This document shows positions 37,191 through 50,985 of a stretch of DNA of 64,000 nt, one piece after another. The notes below the pieces were generated by a model. The model saw nothing but the letters and a program-made list of their open reading frames with translations. It did no database searches and was not told where the DNA came from. The stretch's first letter is position 1. Each line of letters begins with the position of its first letter. Made by a program: the position numbers and the translations under genes. Source of the stretch: Vicugna vicugna (lineage: Eukaryota); the NCBI GenBank assembly GCA_013265495.1, contig MU058244.1, forward strand, positions 1 to 64,000. The letters are read 5' to 3'.

Positions 37191-40100
37191 CCAGCAGGCG
37201 GAAGCCGCGGGGGCTGGAGCAGCTGGTGGGAGACCCCGGGCACGCCATGCATCTGGGACCACCCACGGCGAGTTGCTGAGAGCTTCTGAGTCAGCCCGGC
37301 AGGGGCTCCCTGGCCCTCGTCCTGCTGGAGGACAGTGTCTGCAGAGAGACCTGGGGGTGTCCTAGGGACGGGACCCAGGTGGGCCGTGTGGCCTGACCTC
37401 TCGGGGCAGCTGCCTGGAGGGCTGAGGGCCTGGTCGATGCGACAGGCGGTTGTGCCCCTCCTTCTGGGTTGGAGTCGTCAGGGGCTCTGGGGCTTTGGGT
37501 TAGGGGGACCCTTTGCAGGACAGAGCAGGTGTTTCTGACACAGTGAGCCTGGGTCTGGCTCAGGGAGCCCCCGTGTCTGCACTGTGGTTGCCAAGTGGAA
37601 GGATGCCACGCGCCTTGTTAACTGAGCGGTCACCGGCAGGGAGACAACATCAAATGAAGAGGGCCCTGCACCCGCAGCACGGTCGGCGCCCGGGCAGGCT
37701 GGAGGTGGGTGGGGGCAGCCGGGGGCCGCTAGCATGCCGCTGGTGCCAACTGGAGGACCTTCGGCTGGGGCACAGCTGGGGAGCAGCTGGTGGGCAGTGG
37801 AGCCTTCTCCTGGAAGCTGTCCTGACGGTCCACAAGGGTGGGCAGTGATGGGGAGGGGTGGGTGGGAGAGGCTGAGGCTCTGGCCTTAACACAGGTGGGA
37901 GGGACGAAGATCGTGGTGGTGAGGAGGGGGCCGAGGGCAGGGTCCAGTCTCGATGACCCGCGACTGGGGCCGGTGAGGCGGGGGAGGTGTGGAGCCACCG
38001 CTCGGCGCTGAGGTCACTGGGGCTGTCAGCCCGCAGACGAGGTGCTGGGCTGTGTCTTGGGAGCGGAGGTGCCCCGAGAGGCCCCACTTAGATGCTTGGG
38101 GTTGAACCCCAGAAACCGCTTTGTCTCCAGAGTGGACCCTCAACCCCTGGCAGAAGGAGCCTGAGCGCTGGCATCTTAGGGCTGGACCAGCAACAGCTTG
38201 TCCTCCCCACTCGGCACGCAGCTGAGCCCGGACGGCTGTGATGCCTCGGGCCTGCTCTCCCCGGCCCCCGAGTCTGCAGATGGCAGGGAGGAACTGGGTC
38301 ACAAAAGGGCGTTGGGAGCGGAGCCAGAGCCGCAGCTCAACCAGGTGAACAGGTGCAGCGCCTGCATCTTCCTGGATGCGTGCGCGGCCCTGTCCCCGGG
38401 CGGACGTGCCCATCACAGCCATGCTGGTGTCCCCGGATGGGCAGGGCTGGGCTCCCGAGACAGCAGAGACTCGGCCGGTCTGGAGAAGGAGGGCTCCGAC
38501 CTAGCAGGGCGTCCGGGGCCCCCGGCCTCTCCTTCCGGCCCCAGAGCCAGAACTCTCTTTCTTCCGCAGTGTTCCCTGCAAAGCTACTGGTTTGTGCCTT
38601 TGCCAAGGCACCGACCGTGTGGACGGTGCGTTAAATGTTGCCTGGAGAGCTGACCTGGGGCCCCTTACCAACCCCGCATGTTTGTGCTGCAGCTCTGGCC
38701 GTGCTGGCAGCCAGGGTGCGGGGTCTTCACAGAGAGACCCCAAGCACCTAACAGACAGTCAAGGAGGTGCCCAGGACTTGGGGTTACGTGGATCCTCGTG
38801 CCCCAGGGAGCGGGAAATGGGTTTGGAGGGAAGGGAGCATCTGTGAGGACCGTGAACTAGTCCTCCCCGTGGAGAAAACAGTTTTGTTGCAACGATAGCT
38901 TCCTTAAAAACTTTAAAAAATTTGTGCATGAGCTCATTCATGCAGAAGGAACCACACAGCTACCTGGAGGTGTTCACAGGCAGCGCCGGCTTAATCCTGC
39001 ATGTGTGTATGGACACAGATGTGGATTCTGCACCCGGCAAACTGCATGTGCACATGAAGCGTAACGGCCAAGCAGGTTGTCGTGGTTTTCCCGGTGTGCG
39101 GAGTTCCGTTAGGGGTGGCAGTGCCCGGTGAGCCTGGTGCCCTGTGGTGAGCCCTCTGTGTCTGCTGGTCACACTTACTCTCGTGTCCGCTGCCCTGATG
39201 ACCGCCTGCCAGCTCTGACCTGCATAGGAGTGCTTCCAGAGCCAGGACCTTTACCCTCACCTCACTCTGCGGGTGGACAGGCACTGCAGACGAGGAGCCT
39301 GGGACGTGGGCAGGGCCCGGCCTCCCCAAAACCATGGCCAGTGCGTTGCAGAGCTGCCCAGAGCACGGGGCTTCCCACTGTCCCACACCTGCCTCCTTCT
39401 GCTCTTTTTTTTTAGTTGCCTTTTAATTTAAGGGAAGTGATGCTGGTTTCCGTTTATGGCTCTAATCTTGCTTGTTTTACAATATATATTTACTTAAATA
39501 AAATAACTGGTTTTCCTCTTTTCGACCTTGGTGTGAATGGCATGTAAGAATGTGTGCCCCCTGCACAACCGGCCGTGGGGTTCAAGTTCTCCCCTTCTGC
39601 CCTGACAGCGCAGCGGCCGGGACGGCAGTGCCCGTCCCTCCTCGGTGGGACGGCACCGGGCTGTGATGACCGGGGCAGTGTGGGCACGTACACATGGGCT
39701 CTGACGGATGCCAGGCTCGTCCCCAGCGGCCGCAAGTCCTGGGTGGGGGTCCTGTTTCACTGGGCGCTGTCCTTGCCGAGCCCTGCCCGCTCTGGCCTGC
39801 ACCCCTTGGGGTGGACCAGTGGCCACAGCTCTGATCTGACCCTGCCTGACCCCCTGCCAGGGTGTCATTTCTGAGGGCGACCTGTGTCTGCCCTTCTCCA
39901 CTGCTGAGGTGTCCCAGCCCTGCAGCAGCGTCCGGCTCACGGGCAGGAGGAGTGGGTGACGGCCTGCCGGATGGAACAGAGGGAGGGTGTCGTGTTCCCG
40001 GGGGGCACATGGCCCCGGCCCGGGAGGCGGCCCTGCAGCGAGGGCGTCCTCCATGCTTCTCCGGGTCCTGGCCCCCATGGGCGGGGCTGTGTCTTCCTGC

Positions 40101-40825
40101 CTCTCGGGGCTCCATCGTCACCTGACCCAGCAGGGGGACTCCAGGCCCGCGGCTTGGGGTCAGCGCCGGGCTGGAGGGGCCGCTTGGTGGGGGAGTGGGC
40201 AGCCCAGAGGTCCTGCTTCGATGAGCATATTCACCTCAACCTCGACTGGTTTCCTGTCTTACAGAAGTCACACTTGCCTGTTGTAGAAACCAAGACGTTG
40301 ATTTGGGTTTCAATTTTGTGGAAAAATTAGAAAAACCAAAAGCGTGAAAGGAAAGCGGGTCTCATACTCCAGCCCCCCGCCCCCCCCCCCGGCAGTGCCG
40401 TTTTCTCGGCGTCCTCCTGGGCCCATTCCTGTGTGGCCCGGTTTATTTTTAGAGTTGGGTTAGAATCGGTAAGTGACAAATCTGGGGACTATGGTCTCGA
40501 GTTCTGGCAAGGATGCTCTTCCAGCCCCGGATCCCAGCTCTCAATCCCCTTAGGATGTCTGTCCCTTCACGGCCGTCTGGGAACCGAGCTCGGAGCACGG
40601 CTGTTTCCAGGCCTGGGGACAGTTCGCCCCCCCCCGGAAGACCGGCTGCCGCGTCAGGAAACGCTGGGCCTGTGGGTGGGAGGCCCCCACCGTCTGGTCC
40701 GTCAGCCGCCCCCACCCCCGCCGCCCTGAGGCCTGGCGGCCGTGCCCAGTTGGGTGGCAAGGCCGTCCCAGGGCAGGACTCCCTCAGTCCTGCGGTTACC
40801 CCCAGCACTTGGGGGTGGGGGTGAC

Positions 40826-41000
40826 GGTGTCTCAGCCTCGGCTGCTGTAACAAAGAGCCCCCAGCACACTGCAGCGCGGGCACAGGGGTGGCCTGGGCTC
40901 ATCACGGAAACCCCTGGTGCGTGGCTCTGCCGCTTGTGGCCTTTCCGTCTCATGGCCCCACAGCCCCTTGGCACCCGTGGCCGAGTGCCCCAGTCGAGGC
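40826..41000 (-). mobile_element. MLT1-type LTR fragment
   Basis: tgtctcagcctcggctgctgtaacaaagagcc is the antisense MLT1 end. Confidence 0.5.
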
Positions 41001-41449
41001 TGGGCTGCCAGCACGCGGGAAGGGACCCCAGGACGTGGGAGCGCCGGGCCGGAGCCTGCCCAGTGTTCACCCTGGGTTCACCCTCGCGCCGTCCAGCCTG
41101 GAGGGCGGGTGTCAGGCCGGTCAGGCGCTCACGTGTCCTCCGTGTCCACGTGCCAGTCACAGGTTGAAGAGGTGCGTCCGTCTCCGTGGAAGTAGGTTTC
41201 ATGGCAACCAACCTGTCGTCGACCATAAGGCGGGCTGGCGTGTGTGTGACCAGGAGAGAGAGGCCAGTGACCACAGGAAACGCCCCTGGTGCCGGAGAAG
41301 ACAGAGGGTGGGGAGGTGTCTGCGCAGGGCCCCGGTGGGCAGACAAATGAGAAACGGACGTTGGTTGGCCCACCTGAGCCTGTGCCTGCCCCTCCTGCCC
41401 GCTGAACCCCAGCCCGCAGCGCCTCCCCCGAGTGAGCACTCAGCAGTCG

Positions 41450-41790
41450 GCTAGACCCCCACCCCCAGCAGTGAGTGAGGCGAGCACGTGACCTGCCCTG
41501 GCCAGTGAGATGTGAGGAGAGGCTGCTGAGCGCTCCCAGGTTTTCCTGCTGATGGCAAGGGGGAGGCATTTGGTGACTCCTGGAAGCAGCCCCTGTGCCA
41601 CCGCAAGGACCTGACCAAGGCCGCTGGAGCAGGAGGCGAGGACAAGCCTGGGGCAGAGACGTCTCCGGGCCGCTGAGCAGCCGGCCCTGCAGCCTCCCGA
41701 CAGCCTTCGGGTTCTTCGGGAGGGCGGTCGCCCTTGGGTGCGCTGAGACGCCTCCGATTGGGTTTTCTGGGCTCTGGGGCTCAAGTACCT
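41450..41790 (+). mobile_element. MLT1H/J-type LTR fragment
   Basis: gagcacgtgacctgccctggccagtgagatgtgagg motif. Confidence 0.5.
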
Positions 41791-43446
41791 AATCAGACGC
41801 TCGAAGCCTGGAGTTTCACTGAGTAAGAACCGGAGACTTCAGTTCCGTTCCTGAGGTCCTGAAGAGAAAAATGATCCAAGTGTAAAATGGAAAATTGTCC
41901 AAGATGAGAATGAAAGCCACGTGCGTCATATGCGTAAAAAGTCAGGAAAGTGAATGATAGTTCGGTCAACGCGACGTTGTGTCAAGAAAACCACTGCCGC
42001 CCCCCCGACCTGACCGCCCTCCGCTCCAGTTTTGCCTCCTGGTCTCCCGGCAGCGGCTCCAGGGAGTCCAGGTGACCAGCCCACGTCTCACTGCCGAGTG
42101 ACACCCCCCTCAGCCAGTGTCCCGACGTGGGCCGTGGGGCCCGGGAAGACCTGGCCTGGAGGACAGAGCGGGGACGGTGTGGGGAGCAGCGGGGGCCGTT
42201 CTGGTTCGTGGGGCCCAGGACCCAGCTCCTCTCCGTAGGGTCAGCAAGGGACCACGTGTTCAGCCGGCCCTGCCCCTCTGCCTGGGTCTGTGGGCGCCCA
42301 GACCAGGGAGCGCTCCTGGCCGGCCGGGCGGGTGCAGACGGTCTGTTGTTTACAGGCCCTGCTCTGTCCGTCCGCCTGCCTCATGAACATCCCGGACGCT
42401 GCAGCCGAGTGGCTCGGTGGCCGGAGTGGGGGCCAGTGTGGGGGCCCCCACGGGTGGCCAGAGAGTCCAGGCACGGTGGGCACAGGCAGGGTCTCTTGGC
42501 CGTCTCTCGCAGACCGGGTGGAGGGAGTTACTCATTAGCGCGGGCACGGCCGGGCCAGCGCTCGTGAGGCGAGTCTGGGTGAGCGAAGCCCACCTGGGAA
42601 CGAACGGCTTGTTCCTGCGGCCAGGGCAGTGGGTGTCGGCCGTCCAGGCCAGGGACGTTCCTGCACAGTGGGGGCCGGGCCCCAGGCCCTGTGGGTGCGG
42701 GGGCCCCCCAGTGCTGAAGCACCCTGGTCCTCTGGGCCTCAGACGCCTCGCGCCCCACCCCCCGCAAGGGGAAGCCGTGGAGACGAAGGGGACCCGTCTG
42801 AGCGGCCCTTGAGACCCACTGCACGGAGACACGGTTAATGGACGCTCGCGGCTAGTCCTCATGCAGCTGAGGGGCGTGCAGGGAAGATTCTGGGTTCTGG
42901 ACGGGACCTGCCCCCGGGGCCCCCAACGGCAGGTGAAGGGGCCGTGGGCTCTGAACGCACCGGTGCCGGGACGTGGCTGCCGTGGCCGCAGCCCCACCGC
43001 CGGGGGCCCCGCCAAGCGGCTCTGCCCACCCCTGTGTTAATCATTGAGCCCCAGTGTCTGCAGGCACCCCCATCTGGGGGCTGGGGGGCCACATCGCTTG
43101 ACGGGTGCATGACCCCGAGACCGCGCTCTTCCCGCTTGGCGCTCTGTCCTTGAGACTTAAGCCAGGGTCGGCTCGGAGCAGCGCTGGCCTTGGCAGTGCC
43201 TCCCGGTTCTGCCAGCTCCCTGCCTGCAGGCAGACGGTTCAGGGCAGGAGTGGGCTTCAGAGGATGGTGGTCTCGGGGTGTGGCTCCCAGACCCCATGCC
43301 TTTCTGTCCCTGAGGGGAAGACAGGGTGTTCACTTTGGAAGAGGGGGGCTGTGGGAGGGAGCCAGTGGGAGGGGGATCCAGGCAGGGACCCTCACAGGTG
43401 ACCCCTCACATGTGGCCCTTTGCTGGGTAACACCCCCACATGGTGA

Positions 43447-43683
<237 letters not shown>

Positions 43684-43870
43684 TGAGGTCCTGGGCGTGG
43701 GCTGACCGGGGCGGGCGGGCCCAGCTGTGTTTGAGTTTCAGGTGAACAGGGAGCGCCTGTTAGCCTGCGTATGTCCCGGGGCCCCTGGGCATGCGCGCTC
43801 AGAGGCGGCCAAGCGTCCCAGGGCCTGGCCTCGTCCCTCAATCTGCAGCCTCCCCGAGGCCGGGCCCTGA

Positions 43871-44062
<192 letters not shown>

Positions 44063-45185
44063 GCCCGCTTGCCCACCCGCGCGCCCAGCACTGCGCCTGG
44101 CTACCCCGCCTCCAGCTCACTTCGGATAAAGATCACCTTGTGCCCTGGAAGGCCAGGCCAGGAGGTGCAGCCACCCTCCCCTGTGCCCCCCTCCATCTGC
44201 CACAGGCTTGTCCTGGGGGACCCACCCTGCTCCCCAGGTCCTCGGGAGACGCAGGGGGATGCCCACCCCCCGGGGACCGGCTGTGCGGTCCAGTCGGGCC
44301 AGGAACTGCTCAGTGCCCGGGCTTGGGGACGTGAGGCCGCCTGTTCTGCAGCCGAGTGCGGGACGATGACATCCCAGGGGGACCCCGCAGGCACCCTTGA
44401 GAAGTTTGGGTGAGAAGTTGAGGCTAGAAAGAGAGGATCCAGGCCCCTCCCTCAAACACTTGCCCCCCAGAGGGTCCTCCCAAGACGCCAGGGTTGGGGG
44501 AAGCCAGTCCCGGCCTCAGAGGAAGGTGGCTCCAGGCTCCCATGGAACGTTTCGGGGAGTGGGCTCGGTCCTCACCTTTCCTGGAGAGCTGGGAGCTCTG
44601 ACCCTTACACCCGAGTCAGGACAGAGACGCCCAGGGAGGGAGGGAAACCCCATGAGAGTTCGGGACTTTCCGGGGTGCAGTGAGACCTGTTCTCTCCAAG
44701 TGGGGGTGTCCCCAGACAGCACTGCCATCCCCTTCTTTGTACAGCGGCTTCTTGGAGGCCCTGGGAGGAAGTGGAGAGATTTGCTAAAACATATCCTGGA
44801 TAGAGTGGTCAGAACCAGGGCCCTGGGAGTCGCTTTTCAGCAGATACACCTCCTGCTGAACAGGGTGAGTCCAGCTGCCCTGGGCCCCACACGGCTATGT
44901 CGTCAACCGACTGAATGCCCCTTGACAGCATCTTCCGTCCCACCCTAACGTGAGCTGGAGAGGCCTGGGGTCGGTGCCTCGTGAGACTTCCGGGGACCTG
45001 ACGTGCGAAGGAAATGGCGCCTCTAGCCGCCCGTACACATCCAGAGAGGCTGCCGGTTTGCGGTGCCCCTGGCCAGCCTGCCTTCACCCATGATGCTTCT
45101 GTGACTTGTCAGCCCCGCCCCGTTTATCACAATGTTCTGAACGCTGCATGTGCTATTAAACGTGCAATGAGCGAACTCGGGGTTT
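44063..45185 (+). other. PRKAR1B: PRKAR1B 3' UTR (approximate end)
   Basis: Follows the stop codon and ends near the ATTAAA signal. Confidence 0.7.
45155..45160 (+). terminator. PRKAR1B: Polyadenylation signal ATTAAA
   Basis: ATTAAA about 1.1 kb after the stop, with a G/T-rich element (ggttttggtc) at 45181-45190. Confidence 0.7.
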
Positions 45186-45224
45186 TGGTCTGAGATATTT
45201 ACTAGCAGGTTTTCTCCTTTTGGT

Positions 45225-45670
45225 TTTAGTGATGTAAAATAATCCACACATAAACTTGTGATCCTGACCGTTTCTAAGCGCACAGCTCAGTGGTGTCGGT
45301 CACATTCACGCTGTTGTGCACCCTCACCCCCACATCGCCTCAAACTGACTGTCCCGGTAAACATGGTCTCCCGCTCCCCCAGCCCCCGGCCCCGCCCCCT
45401 GCTTCCTGTCTCTGTGACTGACTCCTCCAGGGACTCACAGAAGGGCGGTCACACGGTGTCTGTCCCTCTGTGCCTGTCTGGCTTATGTCACTGAGCACCG
45501 TGTCCTCGACGTCCGTCCACGCTGCAGCAGGCGTCAGAGTCTCCCTCCTTTTCATGGCTGAATCAGAGTCCGGTGTGTGGATGGACCCTTTTCTTTATCC
45601 GTCCACCCGTCGATGTCGATGGACCCTTGGGTTGTAAGCCTCCCTCACGGCCCTGACTATGACGAGTTCG
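45225..45670 (-). mobile_element. L1MB-type 3' end fragment
   Basis: ttctaagcgcacagctcagtggtgtcggtcacattcacgctgttgtgca...tgtctggcttatgtcactgagcaccgtgtcctc. Confidence 0.8.
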
Positions 45671-45749
45671 CGGTTCCCTCGGGGGCAGCAGGGCTGAGCG
45701 CTGGGAGGAAGGAAGCAGGACCTGGGCCCACCCCAGGCAGTGAGGGCAG

Positions 45750-46100
45750 GTTCTAAGCGGTGACTCGGGAGAGGGTGGCGAAGAGGAACACTTGTGGTCT
45801 GACCCTCGTGTCCAGACTTCGGGACCAGGGCTGGAGAGGGGATGCAGGGAGGGAGGCAGAGTCCAGGAGGAGAGAGGAAACCACGCCTCGGCTCAGGGTG
45901 GTGGACAGCCACGGCCAGGGAACGCGGTGCCTCTCGGAGCCGGGGAAGGCAGAGGCGGGCCTCCCAGGGCCTCCCGAGGGAACCAGCCCCCGGAGCGTTT
46001 CAGGGTCCAGCCCCAGGCCGTGGGGTAAGGTGATACCCTGAGCTGCTCTGAGTGGCTGAGTCTGGGGTGTTTTGTTACAGCAGCGCAGGACACTCACACA
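45750..46100 (+). mobile_element. MLT1 (C/D-type) LTR fragment
   Basis: cctctcggagccggggaaggcagaggcgggcctccc...gagggaaccagccc...ttttgttacagcagcgcaggacactcacaca. Confidence 0.7.
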
Positions 46101-46819
46101 GACACTGGGACTGGAACTGAGCTCCGCCCACTTGGGCGCGGGCTTGCCCCCCGCACTGTGCGTCTTGGAACTTGGGGCTCCCCTCCCTGAGCTGGGGTGC
46201 AGTGACCAGGCAAGCACCCCCTCGGAGGGCAGGCTCTGGCCCCTCTGCCTGCGCGGCGAGGGCTCGGGGACCACGGTGGGACCACGGTGGGACGAAGCCA
46301 GGGCGTGCTGCCCGCTGTGGGGGGCGTGGCCAGAGCGGCGTCTTCCCCAGCTGGGCGCTGGGCCTGCTCCCTCTGGCGCCAGGCGGCACAGACCCGGTCT
46401 TGTGGGCTCGTGAAAGCGTGCTTGTGTCCTCCTGAGACTACAGGCCAGGGGATTGTTCTGCCCCATCGCGGTCCCCAGGGCGGTGCCAGGGGCGCCGTGC
46501 GGGAGGGGACGCTGGGACTGGGTCCACGCAGACAGAGCTGGGCACTCGCTCCCCCCCAGCCTCGGTCCCTGGGAGGCTCACTCCTCTGGGGGCTGATATG
46601 GACACCCCGTCCCACCCGGGGCAGCTTCTGGGGAAGGGGGTCAGGGTGTGGCCAGACGAGGGCAGGTGTGGTTCTTACTCACTTATCTGTGGGTCCCAGG
46701 ACCTCTTGGGGCTGGACACTCAGTTGGACCCAGTAAACATTCGAATAATAAATAGAAGTGAGTAAGCCAGGGGTTGCAGGAGGGCTGTCTGCGGGATTCA
46801 GGCTCCAGATTCCACAGGC

Positions 46820-47780
46820 CAGAAGAAAAGAAACTTTGATCAAAGTCTCATACCTTCTACAAAAATGAACTTAAAGTGGCTCACAGACTTACTCGTAAAC
46901 ATAAAACCATAAAACTTTCAGGAAAACACACAGGAGAAAATCTTCAGAATCTTGGGCCAAGCGAGTTGTTCTGAGACTCGACACCCAAAGCCATAAAAGT
47001 GCAATCGGATAAATTGGAATTCCTGAAATTAAAAACGCCTGCCCTGCTACACAGCCCGCAAGGAAGAGGAAAGGGGAGAAGGAGCCATCAAACCACACGC
47101 CCGCAGGGGACCGTGCCCAGAGCACGTGGAGCGCCCTCAGCAGCAGGCAAGTCACCAGCCCGGCCGGGACGCGGACGGCCCTTCCCAAGGAAGGTGCACA
47201 GACGGCGGCGACCCCCAGGAAGGCGCTGACTCACGGGCACCGGGACACGAGACGAAGCCACGGTGAGCCGGCTCCGCACGCATCACAAAGCCTGAGACAG
47301 GACGTGGCAGCAACACCCAGTGCGGGCGGGGAGGCGGGGATCAGGGTGGCTCACACGTGGCCCTGGGGGTGCGAAACGGTGCGGCCACTCTGGCTAGAAG
47401 TGGATTCTTTAAAAAAGCAAAAGCTGACACCAAACTTGCAGCCACCATTGGACGCTGCCCCTGCAGCTTGGACGCTTGCGCTGGGGAAACGCAGCCTGGC
47501 TCCCACAGAAACCCGCACAGGGGGCCTCACAGAGGGTTTGTGCACAGAACCAGAGGCACCCAACGTCCTGCGGTGGGCGTGCAGCCGAGCACGCGGCCCC
47601 CACGCCCCTGAGACTGCTCAGCGTGCAGCGGCTCCGACTGCTGACGAGCGACCGCAGGGTGGATCTCCAGAGAGCTATGCGAGTGGAAACCCCACCCCAA
47701 AAGGTCACCCAGTGTGACTCCGCGTACATAACATCCTTGAAGTGACAAACAGAAATGGAGCAGGTCTCCGGTGGAGGTGG
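46820..47780 (+). mobile_element. L1M (MC-type) ORF2 end and 3' UTR fragment
   Basis: ctcataccttctacaaaaatgaacttaaagtggctcacagactt...aaaactttcaggaaaacacacaggagaaaatctt; also aacttgcagccaccattggacgctgcccc. Confidence 0.8.
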
Positions 47781-48694
47781 GGGGAGCAGGAGGGCCCTGC
47801 CTTGAGGGGACGCCCCGCGTCTCGGTTGGACCAACACCCAGACCCCGGGAGCCTGGGCGAGGTCCCGCACCAGAGTTCTGGGAGACATCATCCCAGGGTG
47901 GGGGGACTGGGCACAGGGTGCTCCGAGCCCTCTGTGTCTTGCTGTTGAAAGGGAGGGAGAGGCTGGGAGCAGTATGGGAAATTGGGGCCGGTGGAGTGTA
48001 GGGGGAGACCCTGGAAGGAGTCTGGGTTCCACTAGAAGGCGCAGAGGACCTGCTGGAGATGTGGGGCCCCGGGCCAGTCTGCTCCATGCTGTGGAAGGTC
48101 CGTCGGTAGCGCAGGACCGAGGGCGGCAGATGAAGTGAGCAGCCAGGACGACCCCATGGGTTTTACGGGGCGGGCGGCATTCCTGGGACGGGACAGGCGG
48201 GAGCAGAGGGGATGCCCAGGGATTAGCCAGCCCTCACATCCAAGCAGCACCCCTCTCTGCCCCAGCCCCTGGACCCACACAGACCTCCGCCACTAGCTGC
48301 GTGGCCTCGACGAGCCCCTGGACATCTCTGGACCCCACCCATCCCTCTCTGCAGTAGCCTAGGAATTCACCCCCAGTACAGCTGGAAGAACCCAGTGGGC
48401 CCGAAGACCCTCACTGACGTGGGGTGGGCTCAGGCGGGGCTGAGGCCGGGGCTGGGCCAAGTGGATGGGGAGCGCTGGAGGATTCCAGAAAAAGTGAGGG
48501 GCTGCCCCGGGCGTGGTCCACGTGCCCATTCATTCCCTCTGCGGGCTCTGTGCTCTGTTCACGGCCCTCCCTGGCGGTGGGCAGCCTTTCCCTGGCATCT
48601 GGAGCTCTGGCCAGAGGATCTGGAGGACAGAAGCCAGCAGATGCCCACTGGGGCCCCTGTCCAGCTCTGCCCACCACGGGCCTCGGGTCCCTGT

Positions 48695-48770
48695 GCCTCT
48701 CCCAGCCTCAGCTCCCCATCTGTAAGATGAGGGTAACAGCCCCAAAGTGTGGAGAAGTGAGGCCCCAGGC
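48695..48770 (+). mobile_element. MIR core fragment
   Basis: gcctcagctccccatctgtaagatgagggtaac. Confidence 0.65.
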
Positions 48771-49161
48771 ATCCTGCACGGTGTCCTGGCCCACACACCC
48801 TGCTGGGCGAGCCGGGCCATCAGTGCCGACAGTGCCCTGGACGGCCCAGCCTCACCTCACCCCATCGGTGGCTGAATCAGCCTGGCGGTGGTGACTCACT
48901 TTGAGGTCCGGTACTTCCCTCCCAGCCCCTGGCTGCCTGGCTGGGGCCTGGGGGAGGGGGCTCCTTGTGGGCAACCCTCGGGGTGGGGGCCAGTTGGTGT
49001 GGGTGAGCAGAGGCCCTGCAGGCCACAGGGGCTCTGGTCCCTGAGACGCAGATCCAGACGGATCCCTGGGGTCTGCCCTGTCCGAGTGCGGCTCGTCCCA
49101 TGCCCTGCCGGGAAGCCTGCCCTCATGCCACCGACCACGCTGACCTCTCTCCCCTCTCCGA

Positions 49162-49162
49162 C

Positions 49163-49212
<50 letters not shown>
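49162..49212. repeat. (TC)n microsatellite
   Basis: About 20 uninterrupted TC units. Confidence 0.97.
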
Positions 49213-49214
<2 letters not shown>

Positions 49215-50899
49215 CTCCTGGGTGTGACCCAGTTAGGGCATCTGTGACTCACTTCTCTGCTCCAGCCCCACCCCCGGGCGGCCAAGCATCTCCCCTCTTC
49301 CAGGACTCATCTAGTCTGGCTCTAACTTGGGCTCCAAGTGCAGGAAGGCCATCTTAGGCTCTCAGTCTTGGGGGGCCACCTAGGCCCTCAGAACCTCTTC
49401 ATGGGCATTCTTAACAAAGGTAGATCTGGCATGAATACAGTGGATTCTTACATGTACATGCAGGCCATTTATTCAGCCACAGAGAAGGCCACTGAGTTTG
49501 TCTCGGCTGCTCCCAGCAGGGGGTCCACCCTGGACTGATGTGGGGTCTGCCTCTCGGCAGAGCCCCATGGTATTCCACCGTAGACATCCCTTCCAGGTCA
49601 GACTGTGAGCCCCCTTACCAACCTCACTGATCAAACGTTCCTTTTACTTTGGCAGTTGGTGAAATCATGCTGGTGCGTGTGTTTCAGGAACGTGCCGGAC
49701 GAGGAACCAGGCAGCCCCTGACCTCCTGGGCCCTGGGGCGTCAGGGCTGGTGTCTGGTGTGCTGGGTACAGCACGGACCCAGAAGTACAACGACCTGATT
49801 TGCCCCCAGTCCTGGTCCTGTTTCGTACAATCTCTGTGCTGTCAGGCGAGTCCCTTCACCTGGGCCTTGGCCATCCCGTCCACAGACGGGGAGGCGTAAC
49901 ACTTGCCTCCTGGGATTAGCTGTGCCTGAGAGGTGGGGTCGTGTGAGTAACGCCCCTCAGCACGGGGCCTGGCGCGGAGGAAACCGGCAGAGATTGGAGC
50001 TGTTGCTACAGACTACCCAACCGCGTCTGGGTGCCACCCAGGCCCTGGCGCTGCCCAGACAGGGGGCCACGGTGCCTTGCATTCACATCCCCTGCCTCGA
50101 GCTGGGCCTGGCCGGCTCCTCTCCCTGACCGCCCTCCAGGGCAGCTGCGGGCCCCCTCCCGGGTGTGCCAGCTGGCACTGTGCGCCACCCCTTCCTCCTG
50201 CTCCTGGAGCTGAGGAGGAGGGCCCCCAGTTTTGTGGCGGGGACAGATGTGTCCCCAGGACACACGACCTGCCCTTGGCGTGGTTCACGACTGCTGTGTG
50301 ACGTCAGCCTGAGACCTGGAAGCACAGGGCAACCACCAGGCTTCTGCACGCGGAGGCCCGGGGCCGGGTGGGCGAGCCTGCCGCTCCCGGCTCCCCGGTG
50401 TCGGGGCCCCGGCTGTCAAGACTTGAATGATGGAGGCCACTCAACACTGGGCCCTCCGTCCCCTCACAGTGGACGAGTGCCGGGCCCTGGAGCAGCACCT
50501 GAGGCCCCTCCACGTGGCTGGGCTTCCGCGCAGCGGGGGGGCCTCGGTGGTCAGAACCCCATGGGCGCTGAGGCTCTGGGGGCAAGTCCTCCAACAGGAC
50601 CAGGCGCCACCTCTGGAACCTGGTGTCTCAAGTCACCCAGCGCCCCCTCCGCCGGCCCCCCGCCCTCAGGGAGGGGACAGAGAGCCCACCGCTTGAGGGG
50701 AGAAACATCAAAGAATCTGCAGTCTTGTAAAATCATGGCCCCCTCCCAGTTTCCAGGAACTCAGTCCTGACCTAGACAGGCTGTGGTTGGGGTCAGCCGA
50801 GCACACAGCGTTGTGCCTTGAATCTCTGCGTCGTCAGAGTGGAGACCCCTCCCACTGTCTTGGGGTTCTGCTGTGGAGGCAGGCCAGCTCCTCCAGGAT

Positions 50900-50985
50900 G
50901 TGTCTACCCCGAGGCCTTGTCCTTGCTGCTCCCCTAGCCCTTGGAGCACAGCAGGCACGCAAATGTTTGTTGAATGAATGTGTGA
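50900..50985 (+). mobile_element. L2 extreme 3' end
   Basis: cacagcaggcacgcaaatgtttgttgaatgaatg. Confidence 0.7.
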
